DNA of 32,000 nt from Fastidiosibacter lacustris. GTDB taxonomy: Bacteria > Pseudomonadota > Gammaproteobacteria > Francisellales > Francisellaceae. The position numbers and the translations under genes were made by a program. Location: the NCBI RefSeq assembly GCF_003428155.1, contig NZ_QLIR01000005.1, positions 1 through 32,000 of the forward strand. The letters are read 5' to 3'. Below are positions 16,738 through 26,091 of this stretch, piece after piece (position 1 is the stretch's first letter; every line of letters begins with the position of its first letter). Under the pieces are notes generated by a model, which worked only from the letters and a program-made list of their open reading frames with translations, ran no database searches and was not told where the DNA came from.

Positions 16738-18042
16738 ATGCTGAAAACTTACTATCATACTATTCTGCGTTTAGGATTTCCCTTAACCTACGCGGGGGTG
16801 TTTTCATACGCTGCGGGCATGGTTGAAGTCATACTATTGGGGCGTTTATCCTTGGCATTGCTCGGAGTTCTTGCGCTATCAACAATGTTTATCAGTCTTA
16901 TCATGTCAGGGATGATGAGTCTTGTTACAGCCAATCAATCTGCTTTTGCTAGGCTTATATCAAGAAAGCGTGATCGTAGCATGCTTTCTGAGTTTTTTTT
17001 CTGTTCTATCCTCACATCTGCTGTGATTGCTGTTAGTGTGTTTTTGTGCTTTAGGATGGTGTTGTTTTTCATTGCTTTTCATTATCCAGCCAGCGACACT
17101 GGGAATATGAGCCTTATTCTTGATTATTTGAATATCGCTTCGTTTAGCATGTTGTTGGTGCCAGTGTTATTTTCCATTAAAGGCACACTCAACGGTAGAG
17201 GACTCACGCATCTTAGTTTCAGAATTTCGGCGATGGAGAATGTCATAAGAATAGCGCTACTTACAATTTTTTTGGGTTTATTAAGGGACTGTGTTATCGC
17301 CGATAATTCCCTGATAAGACTGCCCGCTTATGCCTTATTGGGAGGAGAAATCATTGGCGTACTATATGCCTTGGTTATCATCTGGTTTCATGATGTATCA
17401 TTACTAAAATTAAAAGTTAAATTCAGCACTTTTATCCTATATTGGCGTAAAGTCAGATCAATTATCGGCGTTTCGGCTGTTTATAATATGGTAGGTGCAT
17501 GCTCTTTGCTATACTTTATGTCAAAAATAGGTGATCTTAGCATGGTCTATCTGGGCATATTTAGAATAATATTAACCGCATTTAACTTTAATCGACTTAT
17601 ATTTTCGGGTATTACTCAAGCCAATGGCATCTACTCTGCGCAGATCATCAGTCATAAGGTAGAGAAAAGCGCACAAACCATTAGGGAAAACACCTATCAT
17701 ACACTGCTTTTTTCCTCGCTTTTTAGCATTATTATTGCTGGCATTTCCATTGCCATACTCTTAAAGACACAGACGCTCGATTTTAGCTTTGTAATCGTAT
17801 TAGCGTTTATTTTTGAAGGGATGTCATTAGTGTTATACCATGTATTGGTGCATTGTAGATTTGAAAAAGCCATCTCCATGATTGGAGCACTTTTGCATAT
17901 TTTATGCCTTATGATCCTTCCAACCGTTTGGGCATGGACCACTATGCAATTAGGAATAATTTTTTTGTTGTTCGAAATTATTATACTGCTATTCTATATC
18001 ACAAAATACCGACAGTTTATAAGTAACGTCAGTTCGGCATAA
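16738..18042 (+). CDS. Polytopic membrane protein, divergent MATE / MOP-superfamily transporter-like (434 aa, about 12 TM)
   Basis: The N-terminus ILRLGFPLTYAGVFSYAAGMVEVILLGRLSLALLGVLAL follows the MATE pattern (ILxLxxPxxxxxxxxxxxxxVDxxxxGxLGxxxLAA), but Val-Glu (VE) replaces the usual Val-Asp (VD). The length and a two-halves hydrophobic architecture fit. Similarity is weak, so the family call is tentative. Confidence 0.45.
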   Translation: MLKTYYHTILRLGFPLTYAGVFSYAAGMVEVILLGRLSLALLGVLALSTMFISLIMSGMMSLVTANQSAFARLISRKRDRSMLSEFFFCSILTSAVIAVSVFLCFRMVLFFIAFHYPASDTGNMSLILDYLNIASFSMLLVPVLFSIKGTLNGRGLTHLSFRISAMENVIRIALLTIFLGLLRDCVIADNSLIRLPAYALLGGEIIGVLYALVIIWFHDVSLLKLKVKFSTFILYWRKVRSIIGVSAVYNMVGACSLLYFMSKIGDLSMVYLGIFRIILTAFNFNRLIFSGITQANGIYSAQIISHKVEKSAQTIRENTYHTLLFSSLFSIIIAGISIAILLKTQTLDFSFVIVLAFIFEGMSLVLYHVLVHCRFEKAISMIGALLHILCLMILPTVWAWTTMQLGIIFLLFEIIILLFYITKYRQFISNVSSA

Positions 18043-18046
18043 ATGT

Positions 18047-18223
18047 TTACAATACGATCAATTCATTTGTCTTTTTAACCCGCAAACTTGGTTTCTTAGG
18101 TTGAAAGCAATAGGCGATCAAGCCACACAATAAATTTGTCATAAAACTCTAAATTGAGCGGTGTCTTGTATGTTCAATTTGACTGATATTTGTCAGTTGA
18201 TCATTGATGGATTCAATATTGGC
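18047..18223 (-). pseudogene. Relic of an IS982-family transposase gene (C-terminal about 58 codons, in-frame stop)
   Basis: The minus-strand translation is [57 protein letters not shown]. The block IExxNDQLKNIxQIEHSRHRS...N..xGLIAYxxQPKKPSL is, from memory, the conserved C-terminus of IS982-family transposases. There is an in-frame TAG at 18149..18151, and no upstream catalytic region is left. Confidence 0.55.
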
Positions 18224-18406
18224 AGTTGAATGATAAAACACAGAGGAACTATAGTCATTCCAATAAATATCCACATTATCCAACCTATACTCCAAAATGG
18301 TTATCATGAAATATATAGGATTGGTTATATACTGGAATGACTATAAATTAATGACTAAATTTCGTTCTTTTATATCGAATTTGTATTATAAATTAGGAAA
18401 TGGATT

Positions 18407-20197
18407 TTAATTATTCTTTTTTAGAACAGATAAAAATGCTTCTTGAGGTACTTCAACATTACCAACTTGTTTCATACGTTTTTTACCTGCTTTTTGTTTT
18501 TCCAGCAGTTTACGTTTGCGTGAAACGTCACCACCATAACATTTTGCTAAAACATTTTTACGCATGGCTTTAACTGTACTTCTTGCAATAATAGTGCCAC
18601 CGATTGCTGCTTGAATCGCGACTTCGAACATCTGCCTTGGAATAAGTTCTTTTAAACGCTCAACAAGTTCTCGTCCTTTATATACGGCTTGATCTTTATG
18701 AACAATGCTTGCAAGGGCATCAACTTTCTCACCATTGATTAAAATATCTAATAGCACCATGTTAGCAGCTTGATAACGTTGTAGCTCATAATCTAAAGAG
18801 GCATAGCCACGACTGACTGATTTTAAACGATCAAAAAAGTCAGATACCACCTCAATCATTGGAATGTCGTAAATGATTGAGACTTGTCTACCCATATAGT
18901 TTAGACTAACTTGGACACCACGTTTTTCAACACAAAGTGTGATAATAGTGCCTACATATTCTTGTGGAACCAAGATAGATGCGCGGACAATTGGTTCACG
19001 CACTTCGGCAATCGCAGATGGTTCAGGGAGTTTTGCAGGATTATCGACGTCAACTTCGGTCCCATTTTTAAGTGTGACTTTATAAATAACCGTAGGTGCA
19101 GATGTGATTAAATCAAGGTCATATTCGCGTTCTAAGCGCTCTTGAATAATCTCCATGTGTAAAAGACCCAAGAAGCCACAACGAAAACCAAAACCAAGTG
19201 CTTGAGAAACTTCTGGCTCAAAGAAAAGCGAAGCATCATTTAAACTCAATTTATCTAACGCTTCACGAAAAGCTTCAAAATCGTCAGCACTAATTGGAAA
19301 CATTCCTGCATAAACTTGTGGTTGAACTTTTTTAAAGCCAGGTACAGGTTTATCAGTTGGATTCTTAGCAAGCGTTAGTGTATCACCAACAGGGGCACCA
19401 TGAATGTCTTTAATACCTGCAACGATAAAGCCGACTTCTCCTGCTTTTAGAGTTTGAAGTTTGTGCATTTTAGGTGTAAATACACCAAGTTGATCAACTT
19501 GGTATACTTGACCTGTAGACATGACTTTTATTTTATCATTGAGTTCAAGTTGTCCATTTTTAATGCGGACAAGCGATACTACCCCCAGATAAGGGTCAAA
19601 CCAAGAATCAATAATAAGTGCTTGTAAAGGTGCGTTAATATCACCTTTTGGTGGGGGAATCTTGGCGATGATTGTTTCTAAAACAGCGGTGACACCTATC
19701 CCCGTTTTAGCGCTACAAGTGGTGGCACCTACTGCTTCAATGCCGATAATATCTTCAATTTCTTCACAAACACGTTCAGGTTCTGCCGAAGGTAGGTCAA
19801 CTTTATTTAGTACTGGAATTACTTCAAGGTTTTGTTCAATCGCAGTATAACAGTTAGCAACAGTTTGAGCTTCAACTCCTTGAGCTGCATCAACGACTAA
19901 TAATGCACCTTCACAAGCAGCAAGAGAGCGTGATACTTCATATGAAAAGTCCACATGTCCTGGTGTATCAATGAAGTTAAGTTGATATGTATTACCATCT
20001 TTTGCTGTGTAATTGAGGGTAACGCTTTGTGCTTTAATGGTAATACCACGTTCGCGTTCAATGTCCATAGAATCAAGCACTTGTTCTTTCATCTCACGCT
20101 CAGTCAAACCTTGGCAAATTTGGATAAAACGATCAGAAAGGGTTGATTTGCCATGATCAATATGGGCGATAATAGAAAAGTTACGAATATGCTGCAT
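18407..20197 (-). CDS. lepA: Elongation factor 4 (translational GTPase LepA)
   Basis: [34 protein letters not shown] and the LepA-specific C-terminal domain are present. The protein is 596 aa. Confidence 0.95.
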   Translation of the reverse strand: MQHIRNFSIIAHIDHGKSTLSDRFIQICQGLTEREMKEQVLDSMDIERERGITIKAQSVTLNYTAKDGNTYQLNFIDTPGHVDFSYEVSRSLAACEGALLVVDAAQGVEAQTVANCYTAIEQNLEVIPVLNKVDLPSAEPERVCEEIEDIIGIEAVGATTCSAKTGIGVTAVLETIIAKIPPPKGDINAPLQALIIDSWFDPYLGVVSLVRIKNGQLELNDKIKVMSTGQVYQVDQLGVFTPKMHKLQTLKAGEVGFIVAGIKDIHGAPVGDTLTLAKNPTDKPVPGFKKVQPQVYAGMFPISADDFEAFREALDKLSLNDASLFFEPEVSQALGFGFRCGFLGLLHMEIIQERLEREYDLDLITSAPTVIYKVTLKNGTEVDVDNPAKLPEPSAIAEVREPIVRASILVPQEYVGTIITLCVEKRGVQVSLNYMGRQVSIIYDIPMIEVVSDFFDRLKSVSRGYASLDYELQRYQAANMVLLDILINGEKVDALASIVHKDQAVYKGRELVERLKELIPRQMFEVAIQAAIGGTIIARSTVKAMRKNVLAKCYGGDVSRKRKLLEKQKAGKKRMKQVGNVEVPQEAFLSVLKKNN

Positions 20198-20300
20198 GTG
20201 TATGTTTTAAGCTAAGTATCCTCATGTGAGGAGCATTATGCCGAAAAATTTTGATAAAAGGAATAAACTCTTGTTAGATGGGATATTTAAGTGTTTGAAC

Positions 20301-20894
20301 TTAACAGATTTCAATGAGTTTAAATTTTAGTTTTTCAAGCGCGCAAGCGCGATGACTGATACTATTTTTAATATGATTGTCTACTTCAGCCATCGTTTGA
20401 TGATAAGCGGGTAGGAGAAATATTGGGTTATAGCCAAAACCATTGTTGCCTTTCGGTGTGCAAGTAATAAAACCATCTACACGTCCCTCAGCAATAATAG
20501 GCATAGGATCATATTCGTGCATAACTAAAACAAGTACACATTGAAAATGTGCTTTACGTTTTTCGTCAGGAATGTGTTGCATTTCTTTTAATAGTTTATC
20601 GATATTCGCTTTATCATTACCATGTTGGGCATAGCGAGCAGAATAAATACCTGGTGCACCGTTTAAGGCATCAACACATAACCCAGAGTCATCTGCTAAC
20701 GTTGGCAGCTTAGTATAATACGAGCAATGACGTGCTTTTAGGATCGCGTTTTCAACAAAGCTTAAGCCTGTTTCTTTAGCATCGGGTATATTAAATTTCG
20801 TTTGGGGAATGACTTCTATACCTAAAGGATTTAATATTTCAGAGACTTCTTTTATTTTGCCTTTGTTGCTAGAGGCAAAAACAATTTTTTTCAT
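20301..20894 (-). CDS. rdgB: Non-canonical purine NTP pyrophosphatase (dITP/XTP pyrophosphatase, RdgB/HAM1 family)
   Basis: MKKIVFASSNKGKIKE...ADDSGLCVDALNGAPGIYSARY...FGYNPIF fits the family. The start is placed at the third Met of the track ORF (ATG at 20894), which gives the usual N-terminus of about 198 aa. Confidence 0.85.
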   Translation of the reverse strand: MKKIVFASSNKGKIKEVSEILNPLGIEVIPQTKFNIPDAKETGLSFVENAILKARHCSYYTKLPTLADDSGLCVDALNGAPGIYSARYAQHGNDKANIDKLLKEMQHIPDEKRKAHFQCVLVLVMHEYDPMPIIAEGRVDGFITCTPKGNNGFGYNPIFLLPAYHQTMAEVDNHIKNSISHRACALEKLKFKLIEIC

Positions 20895-21051
20895 AAAATG
20901 CATTAAGTTTATAAGTTTGGATGGTGAGTTTATCATAGTTAAGGTAGCATAAGAAAAATTTATTTTTTAAGTAATAAGTTAATGATGAAAAATGAAGTAA
21001 AAACTTTTATTGCTTTAGTGAATACGATGAAATAATCAAAGGGAAAGAAAG

Positions 21052-21897
21052 ATGGTTAATGCAGAAATTTGTTTTCTAGGTGGTGGCAATATGGCAAGCA
21101 GCATTTTGTCAGCACTTATTGCTGATGGAATATCAGCTAAGTCGATTGTGGTAGTTGATAGGAATCAGAATAAGCTTGATTTTTTAAATCAACGTTTTCA
21201 TGTACAGACAACTCAAGATGCAGCGTATGCTGTGAAAAAAGCGGATATTATTTTATTGTGTGTCAAGCCTCAATCATTAAAAGAGCTTATTTTATCGATT
21301 AAGCCTGCCATTAATAGGCATAGTAGACCACTTTTTATTTCGATTGTAGCGGGGATTGTTTTAGCTCAAATAGAAAGCTGGTTATTAACGGAATATGCAA
21401 TTGTAAGAGGAATGCCTAATACCCCGGCGTTGATTGGTTGTGGTGCAACTGCGCTTTATGCGAATGTCCATGTATCGCGCCAACAAAAAGAAATGGCAGA
21501 ACAAATTTTAAGAAGAACCGGAGTAATCACGTGGGTTAATGAAGAAGCGTTAATTGATGTCGCAACAGCTATTTCAGGTTCCGGTCCTGCGTATTTTTTC
21601 TTAATGATGGAACATATGGTCAAAGCAGCAGTTGATCTAGGATTGTCTGAAAAGCAAGCAACGTTGTTGGTAACTCAAACGGCTTTTGGCGCAAGTAAAA
21701 TGGCGCTAGAAAGTGCGGTTTCATTGTCAACTTTACGTCATAATGTTACGTCAAAAGAAGGTGTGACAGCCGCAGCATTAAAGGCATTTGATGAATCTGG
21801 CTTTGAGAAAAGCATTAAGTTTGCAATACAAAAAAATCTGGAGCGCTCGCATGAACTATCTCAACAATTTGGTGCAGCGCTCACACATGAAAAGTAA
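21052..21897 (+). CDS. proC: Pyrroline-5-carboxylate reductase
   Basis: ICFLGGGNMASSI matches the NADP-binding N-terminus. Also present are ...RGMPNTPALIGCGATAL..., SGSGPAYFFLMMEHM and VTSKEGVTAAAL. The protein is 281 aa. Confidence 0.9.
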   Translation: MVNAEICFLGGGNMASSILSALIADGISAKSIVVVDRNQNKLDFLNQRFHVQTTQDAAYAVKKADIILLCVKPQSLKELILSIKPAINRHSRPLFISIVAGIVLAQIESWLLTEYAIVRGMPNTPALIGCGATALYANVHVSRQQKEMAEQILRRTGVITWVNEEALIDVATAISGSGPAYFFLMMEHMVKAAVDLGLSEKQATLLVTQTAFGASKMALESAVSLSTLRHNVTSKEGVTAAALKAFDESGFEKSIKFAIQKNLERSHELSQQFGAALTHEK

Positions 21898-22054
21898 CGA
21901 TGTAAAAATAAATTGAATAATCTCTCTACATTGACCCCTGCGAGACTGTTTGCGTTTCTCTTGCAACGTATGTGAGGAAAAATAAATACTTAACTTATTT
22001 TGTATCGGTTACAAAATAGTAATTCATAAAAAATAAAATACTTGAGGAACACGT

Positions 22055-22618
22055 ATGACAAATGCTTTTATTAATATTGGTTTATTTTTGATTGAAGTTG
22101 TCTTTAGCTTATTTACCTATGCAGTGCTGTTACGTTTTTTTCTGCAATGGGTTAAGGCAGATTTCTATAATCCATTTTGTCAATTGATTATTCGTATTAC
22201 TAGTCCTTTGCTTAAGCCGTTGCGTCGTGTTATCCCTGGTTTTTTTGGCTTAGATTTTGCGGCAATTCTATTAGCCTACGTTGTAATATTTTTACAGTTG
22301 ATCTTAGTGCAAATGTTAGTAGATAAGTCATTTTATATTACATGGGCAGTCATTTGGGTGGTTGCATTCATTAAACTCATTTTAAACGTAATATGGCTGT
22401 ATATTATTTTGATTGTTATTCGCTCGATTGCGAGCTGGTTTAGTCATGCTTCTTATAATCCAATCCTCCTTGCCTTACATCAATTGACAGAGCCATTGTT
22501 GCGTAAAGCACGTCAAATCATTCCTCGAACTCAAAGTGGAATCGATTTTTCACCTACGTTGGTATTACTTATATTAATCTGTATTCAAATATTTATTTCA
22601 TCAATATTTAGTATGTAA
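22055..22618 (+). CDS. yggT: YggT family integral membrane protein
   Basis: This is a duplicated YggT-type membrane repeat (LLRFFLQW...NPF.QLI..IT.PLLKPLRRVIP; second copy IRSIASWF...NPI...L.QLTEPLLRKARQIIP). It sits downstream of proC, as in many gammaproteobacteria. Confidence 0.8.
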   Translation: MTNAFINIGLFLIEVVFSLFTYAVLLRFFLQWVKADFYNPFCQLIIRITSPLLKPLRRVIPGFFGLDFAAILLAYVVIFLQLILVQMLVDKSFYITWAVIWVVAFIKLILNVIWLYIILIVIRSIASWFSHASYNPILLALHQLTEPLLRKARQIIPRTQSGIDFSPTLVLLILICIQIFISSIFSM

Positions 22619-22628
22619 TAATAACAAT

Positions 22629-23234
22629 CTAGAATCCAACATGAAAGACTTTTCCGGTTTCGATGCCTGCAACTGATTTAAGGTAAGCAAGTGCAGCTTC
22701 ATCAGCGCTAATTGATTTAAAACCCGCAAAGAAAGAAGCATATTTATCTAGAGCTTCAGTGATTACAGTTGGGCTAACAGCATTAATGCGTGCTTTTTCT
22801 CTTAGCTCTAGGCTTGCTGCTTTAACATAACCCTCAATAGCAGCATTAACCATAGCAGCAGAACTACCAAGCGCAATCGGTTCATGGTTTAAAATCCCCG
22901 TTGTTAGTGTGAATGATCCCTCTTTTTTAATATACTTTAGACCTTCTTGTACAAGGTTAACCTGTCCCATTAGCTTGTTAGTTAAACCAAGCATAAAGTC
23001 GGCATAAGACATTTCTTGAATGGGTTTAAATGCTACTTTACCTGTTGTTGAGATTAAATCATCAAACGCTCCAATTACCTTATACATATTTCGGATAGAC
23101 TCAATATCACTAATATCAACACTTATTTGGGATGAACGTGAAATTGTAATAACCTGATATCCACTTGATGTGAGTTTTTTACAAACAGCATTACCAATTG
23201 TACCAGTAGCTCCAATAATAATAACTTTTTTCAT
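22629..23234 (-). CDS. Short (201 aa) SDR-like NAD(P)-binding protein, atypical (no obvious YxxxK)
   Basis: The N-terminal Rossmann motif is VIIIGATGTIGNAV. The overall pattern matches the roughly 200-aa 'short chain dehydrogenase' subfamily (INAVSP...). The expected catalytic YxxxK is replaced by GYVKAAS. Confidence 0.65.
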   Translation of the reverse strand: MKKVIIIGATGTIGNAVCKKLTSSGYQVITISRSSQISVDISDIESIRNMYKVIGAFDDLISTTGKVAFKPIQEMSYADFMLGLTNKLMGQVNLVQEGLKYIKKEGSFTLTTGILNHEPIALGSSAAMVNAAIEGYVKAASLELREKARINAVSPTVITEALDKYASFFAGFKSISADEAALAYLKSVAGIETGKVFHVGF

Positions 23235-23314
23235 ACAATACCTTTATTTAATTTACTTACTTCAAAAAATGATACTATTTTGAGCTAAGTTCATGCCTTT
23301 CACAATGGATTTTA

Positions 23315-24229
23315 CTAATAGATCTCATTTTCATTATCATTGACTATATAGATCAACCAGGCATAAAAACATGTGACTTTATCAAGTTGGAATTTATCCG
23401 GTGAGCTACAAAAATAATAGCTTTTCTCACATGGAAACTTTTGAGGGGCAATATTAATATTTCTTGTCTTTAAATCTTGTTTAATTAATGCCTCGTGTGT
23501 TACAAAACAACCATAACCACTAGCAACTATATCAATTGCTTGAATCGTTGATGAAACATAGAGTCTTTCATTCTCAGCTGGCTCGGAAATCTGTATGTTA
23601 TGACAAAATCGCTGCCAATCCTCTTTACGCAATTCGTCATTGACGTATATAGGTTTATAGTGCTGAATCATTTCATGTTTCTTCTGGAATTGTGTAGATT
23701 TAGGGTAAATAAGAATCAACGCATCGTCCAATAGCTTCTTGCAAACATAATCTTGTGGTAACTGTTGAGTTGTAACATATACAATTTCACAGTCATAGTT
23801 TTTATTATAAAAGTTAGTCAAATTTTTGTGAGATGACATCGTAAGTTTAATAAGTGGGTATTTTTCTTCAAAATGTTTTAAGTTAGGTACAATTATTTTT
23901 GTCATAAAAGAAGATGGGAGATTAAGAACAAGCTGATTTTTTTGTTGTTTATTTTTGATATCTGTGTTGGCTTGATAAATGAGTTCAATCGCAGATTGAA
24001 TTTGTTGATAGTAATGCTCCCCTAACAATGTCAATGTAATCTCTTTACCGTTTTGACGATTAAATAATTTAATTCCTAAATAAGTTTCTAAGGTCTTTAT
24101 ATTTTGACTGACCGCAGAATGCGTGACACATAACTCTTGAGCTGCTTTGCTAAAACTTAGATGCTTCACGACACACAAAAAAACAGGTAACATTTTTAAT
24201 GGCATATAATGGATTTTGCTCAGCTCCAT
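23315..24229 (-). CDS. LysR-family transcriptional regulator
   Basis: The N-terminal wHTH is LPVFLCVVKHLSFSKAAQELCVTHSAVSQNIKTLETYLGIKLFNR, followed by a substrate-binding domain of about 200 aa. The gene is divergent from the hydrolase gene. The start could be the internal Met at 24205. Confidence 0.85.
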   Translation of the reverse strand: MELSKIHYMPLKMLPVFLCVVKHLSFSKAAQELCVTHSAVSQNIKTLETYLGIKLFNRQNGKEITLTLLGEHYYQQIQSAIELIYQANTDIKNKQQKNQLVLNLPSSFMTKIIVPNLKHFEEKYPLIKLTMSSHKNLTNFYNKNYDCEIVYVTTQQLPQDYVCKKLLDDALILIYPKSTQFQKKHEMIQHYKPIYVNDELRKEDWQRFCHNIQISEPAENERLYVSSTIQAIDIVASGYGCFVTHEALIKQDLKTRNINIAPQKFPCEKSYYFCSSPDKFQLDKVTCFYAWLIYIVNDNENEIY

Positions 24230-24261
24230 GTTAGCTCTTCTTACAACACTGTTAGGAATTA

Positions 24262-24274
24262 TAAGTTTATCTTA
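24262..24274. promoter_or_regulatory. Candidate LysR box (T-N11-A dyad TAAG-N5-CTTA) in the divergent intergenic region
   Basis: TAAGTTTATCTTA at 24262..24274 is a perfect 4+4 dyad that fits the generic T-N11-A LysR motif. It lies between the LysR gene start (24229) and the divergent hydrolase gene (24332). The background is AT-rich, so a chance occurrence is plausible. Confidence 0.3.
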
Positions 24275-24331
24275 GCTTTTACCAAAACTATAATCTAGCT
24301 CAGTAACCAAGCAAAATATACGGAGAACAAA

Positions 24332-24913
24332 ATGAAAAAAATACTATTGGTGATTGATTTTATTAATGATATTGTGCATGAAAATGGGAAATTAGGTACA
24401 AACTTTTCCCCCTTTTTGCAAAAATATGCGGTACTAGATCATGCTAATCAGGCAATCTCACATGCGCGCAAGCAAGATATTTTAATTGCTCATGTTAAAG
24501 TCGGTTTTAGTCGCAGTTATATTGAGTGCCCTCAGCATTCACCTATATTTGGTAATGCCAAAAAGTTTAGCGCTTTAATGCTTGACACTTGGGGAACTAA
24601 ATTTCACGAAAAAATTGATGTGCAAATACAAGATCACATATTAGTTAAGCATCGTATTAGCTCATTTTATAACACGGATCTGGAGTGTGTATTACGTGCT
24701 AATCAGATTGAGGAAATTATTATTACAGGGGTTTCAACAGATATGGCGGTAGAGCTTGCAGCACGAGAAGCCCATGATCGCGATTATATTGTCACTGTGT
24801 TAAAAGATGCTTGTGGTGCCCATAGCGAAGAAAAACATGAAGCATCGATCAATAACATATTAAGAATTGCTCAGGTGAAAACGATAGATGATTGGATAAG
24901 ATCGTCAAAATGA
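24332..24913 (+). CDS. Isochorismatase-family (cysteine) hydrolase
   Basis: LLVIDFINDIV at the N-terminus contains the catalytic Asp region, followed by ...KHRISSFYNTDLE..LR...I.EIIITGVSTDMAVE.AAREAHDRDY.V.V..DAC. The Lys and Cys positions fit the isochorismatase/nicotinamidase-fold triad (the Cys lies in ...KDAC). The protein is 193 aa. Confidence 0.75.
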   Translation: MKKILLVIDFINDIVHENGKLGTNFSPFLQKYAVLDHANQAISHARKQDILIAHVKVGFSRSYIECPQHSPIFGNAKKFSALMLDTWGTKFHEKIDVQIQDHILVKHRISSFYNTDLECVLRANQIEEIIITGVSTDMAVELAAREAHDRDYIVTVLKDACGAHSEEKHEASINNILRIAQVKTIDDWIRSSK

Positions 24914-25920
24914 TCAATTTATGGTCTCATTTTATATACAGCACTTTAAATGTTAAAAAGTCATTGATCTGCTTCATTTCGATATTACCTAGCATGATAA
25001 TGGGTGGTTTGTCCCATAATCCATATTTCTTCTTAGCCAGTTTTTTTGCTATTAGTGCCCTTATGCCCTATGGCTTAAGCTTTTACAAAAAGCGCTATAT
25101 ATTTATGATGTTTACGCTGCTTTTTATTGGAAGCATATTAGGGGGCTACTTATTAAATAATGAACCTTATTATTTTTGGATAATTATTTTGGTTGTTAGT
25201 TTTTTATTAGGCTTTCTTGAGACAAATATTGGAACGCTTAAAAAATTAAGCGCGTGGACTTTTATTGGATTACTTTATGGGAGCTTTGAGCTACAACAAT
25301 ATTCCTTTGATATCACCTGGATAAACTATCTAAATCTATTTGTTTTAGGTTTAATCTGTATCACAACTTTTGTATATTCTGCCAAGATAAAGACAAAAAC
25401 GACTACGATAAATATCGTTTTAGTATTTAGCTGGCAAAACAGCATTCATTATTTTAAATATACCTTATATTTTATCATTGCACTGATCGTTTTTAGATTA
25501 GGACATGTATATGAACCACAGTGGTATCTTTGGTCTGGCTTATCCGTTTTGAATTTAAACACTGCTGATGCGACAATTAAAATTAAACACCGTATAAATG
25601 CTGGATCAACTGGTCTATTGATGGGTTTTCTCACCTTGAACTTACTACCAACAAATTTTTATATAAGCACAATAAGTTATATAGGAATTATGTTAAGCCT
25701 CATGTCATTTAAACTATATTCACATGGTTTTGGCTTACGCTGTTTTTTTATTGTTTTATTTGCAGCTAACCAAGGCTTAACAATAGGACAAATCAGATTT
25801 TATGACATTATTGCGGGGGGAGTTATTGGATTTCTTATGAGTCATCTTCTTGCTTATATAAATCAAAAAATGAGCGTTTTGTCTAAAAAAATCGAAAAGG
25901 TAAAATCTAAATGCACGTAA
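24910..25920 (+). CDS. Polytopic membrane protein of unknown function (possibly FUSC / aromatic-acid-exporter-like)
   Basis: The sequence is hydrophobic throughout. The start is preferred at ATG 24910, which overlaps the upstream stop as ATGA (24910..24913) and suggests translational coupling with the hydrolase gene. The family assignment is weak. Confidence 0.5.
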   Translation: MINLWSHFIYSTLNVKKSLICFISILPSMIMGGLSHNPYFFLASFFAISALMPYGLSFYKKRYIFMMFTLLFIGSILGGYLLNNEPYYFWIIILVVSFLLGFLETNIGTLKKLSAWTFIGLLYGSFELQQYSFDITWINYLNLFVLGLICITTFVYSAKIKTKTTTINIVLVFSWQNSIHYFKYTLYFIIALIVFRLGHVYEPQWYLWSGLSVLNLNTADATIKIKHRINAGSTGLLMGFLTLNLLPTNFYISTISYIGIMLSLMSFKLYSHGFGLRCFFIVLFAANQGLTIGQIRFYDIIAGGVIGFLMSHLLAYINQKMSVLSKKIEKVKSKCT

Positions 25921-26091
25921 GTACAATGAGCATTAACTTAGGTTGAAATTCAATCATATAAGAGAGTGTGAGGTATTTTACACTTGTGAGATTTGATGGT
26001 GTGTGAACTTTTTAAAGCCAATTAGTTTGAAGTGTGGAAGTAATTGATAGTCTCTATGTTAGAGATTCCTATTTCTGTAGTGGACTGAGTG

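Noticed and set aside
17697-17942. Minus-strand 81-aa ORF inside the MATE-like gene.
   Set aside because: It is an antisense shadow with no supporting features.
18911-20146. Three plus-strand ORFs (18911..19111, 19662..19850 and 19955..20146) inside lepA.
   Set aside because: They are antisense to an unambiguous EF4 gene.
20895-20936. N-terminal extension of 14 codons on rdgB in the ORF track (MINSPSKLINLMHF).
   Set aside because: RdgB/HAM1 proteins begin essentially at the MKKIVFAS...NKGK motif. The extension has no counterpart and would lengthen the protein beyond the family norm.
21999-22021. 9-bp AT-only stem (TATTTTGTA / TACAAAATA, 5-nt loop) between proC and yggT.
   Set aside because: An all-A/T stem is thermodynamically weak and common in AT-rich spacers. 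No U-tract follows, so it is not enough to call a terminator or attenuator.
25449-25634. Minus-strand 61-aa ORF inside the membrane protein gene.
   Set aside because: It is an antisense shadow.
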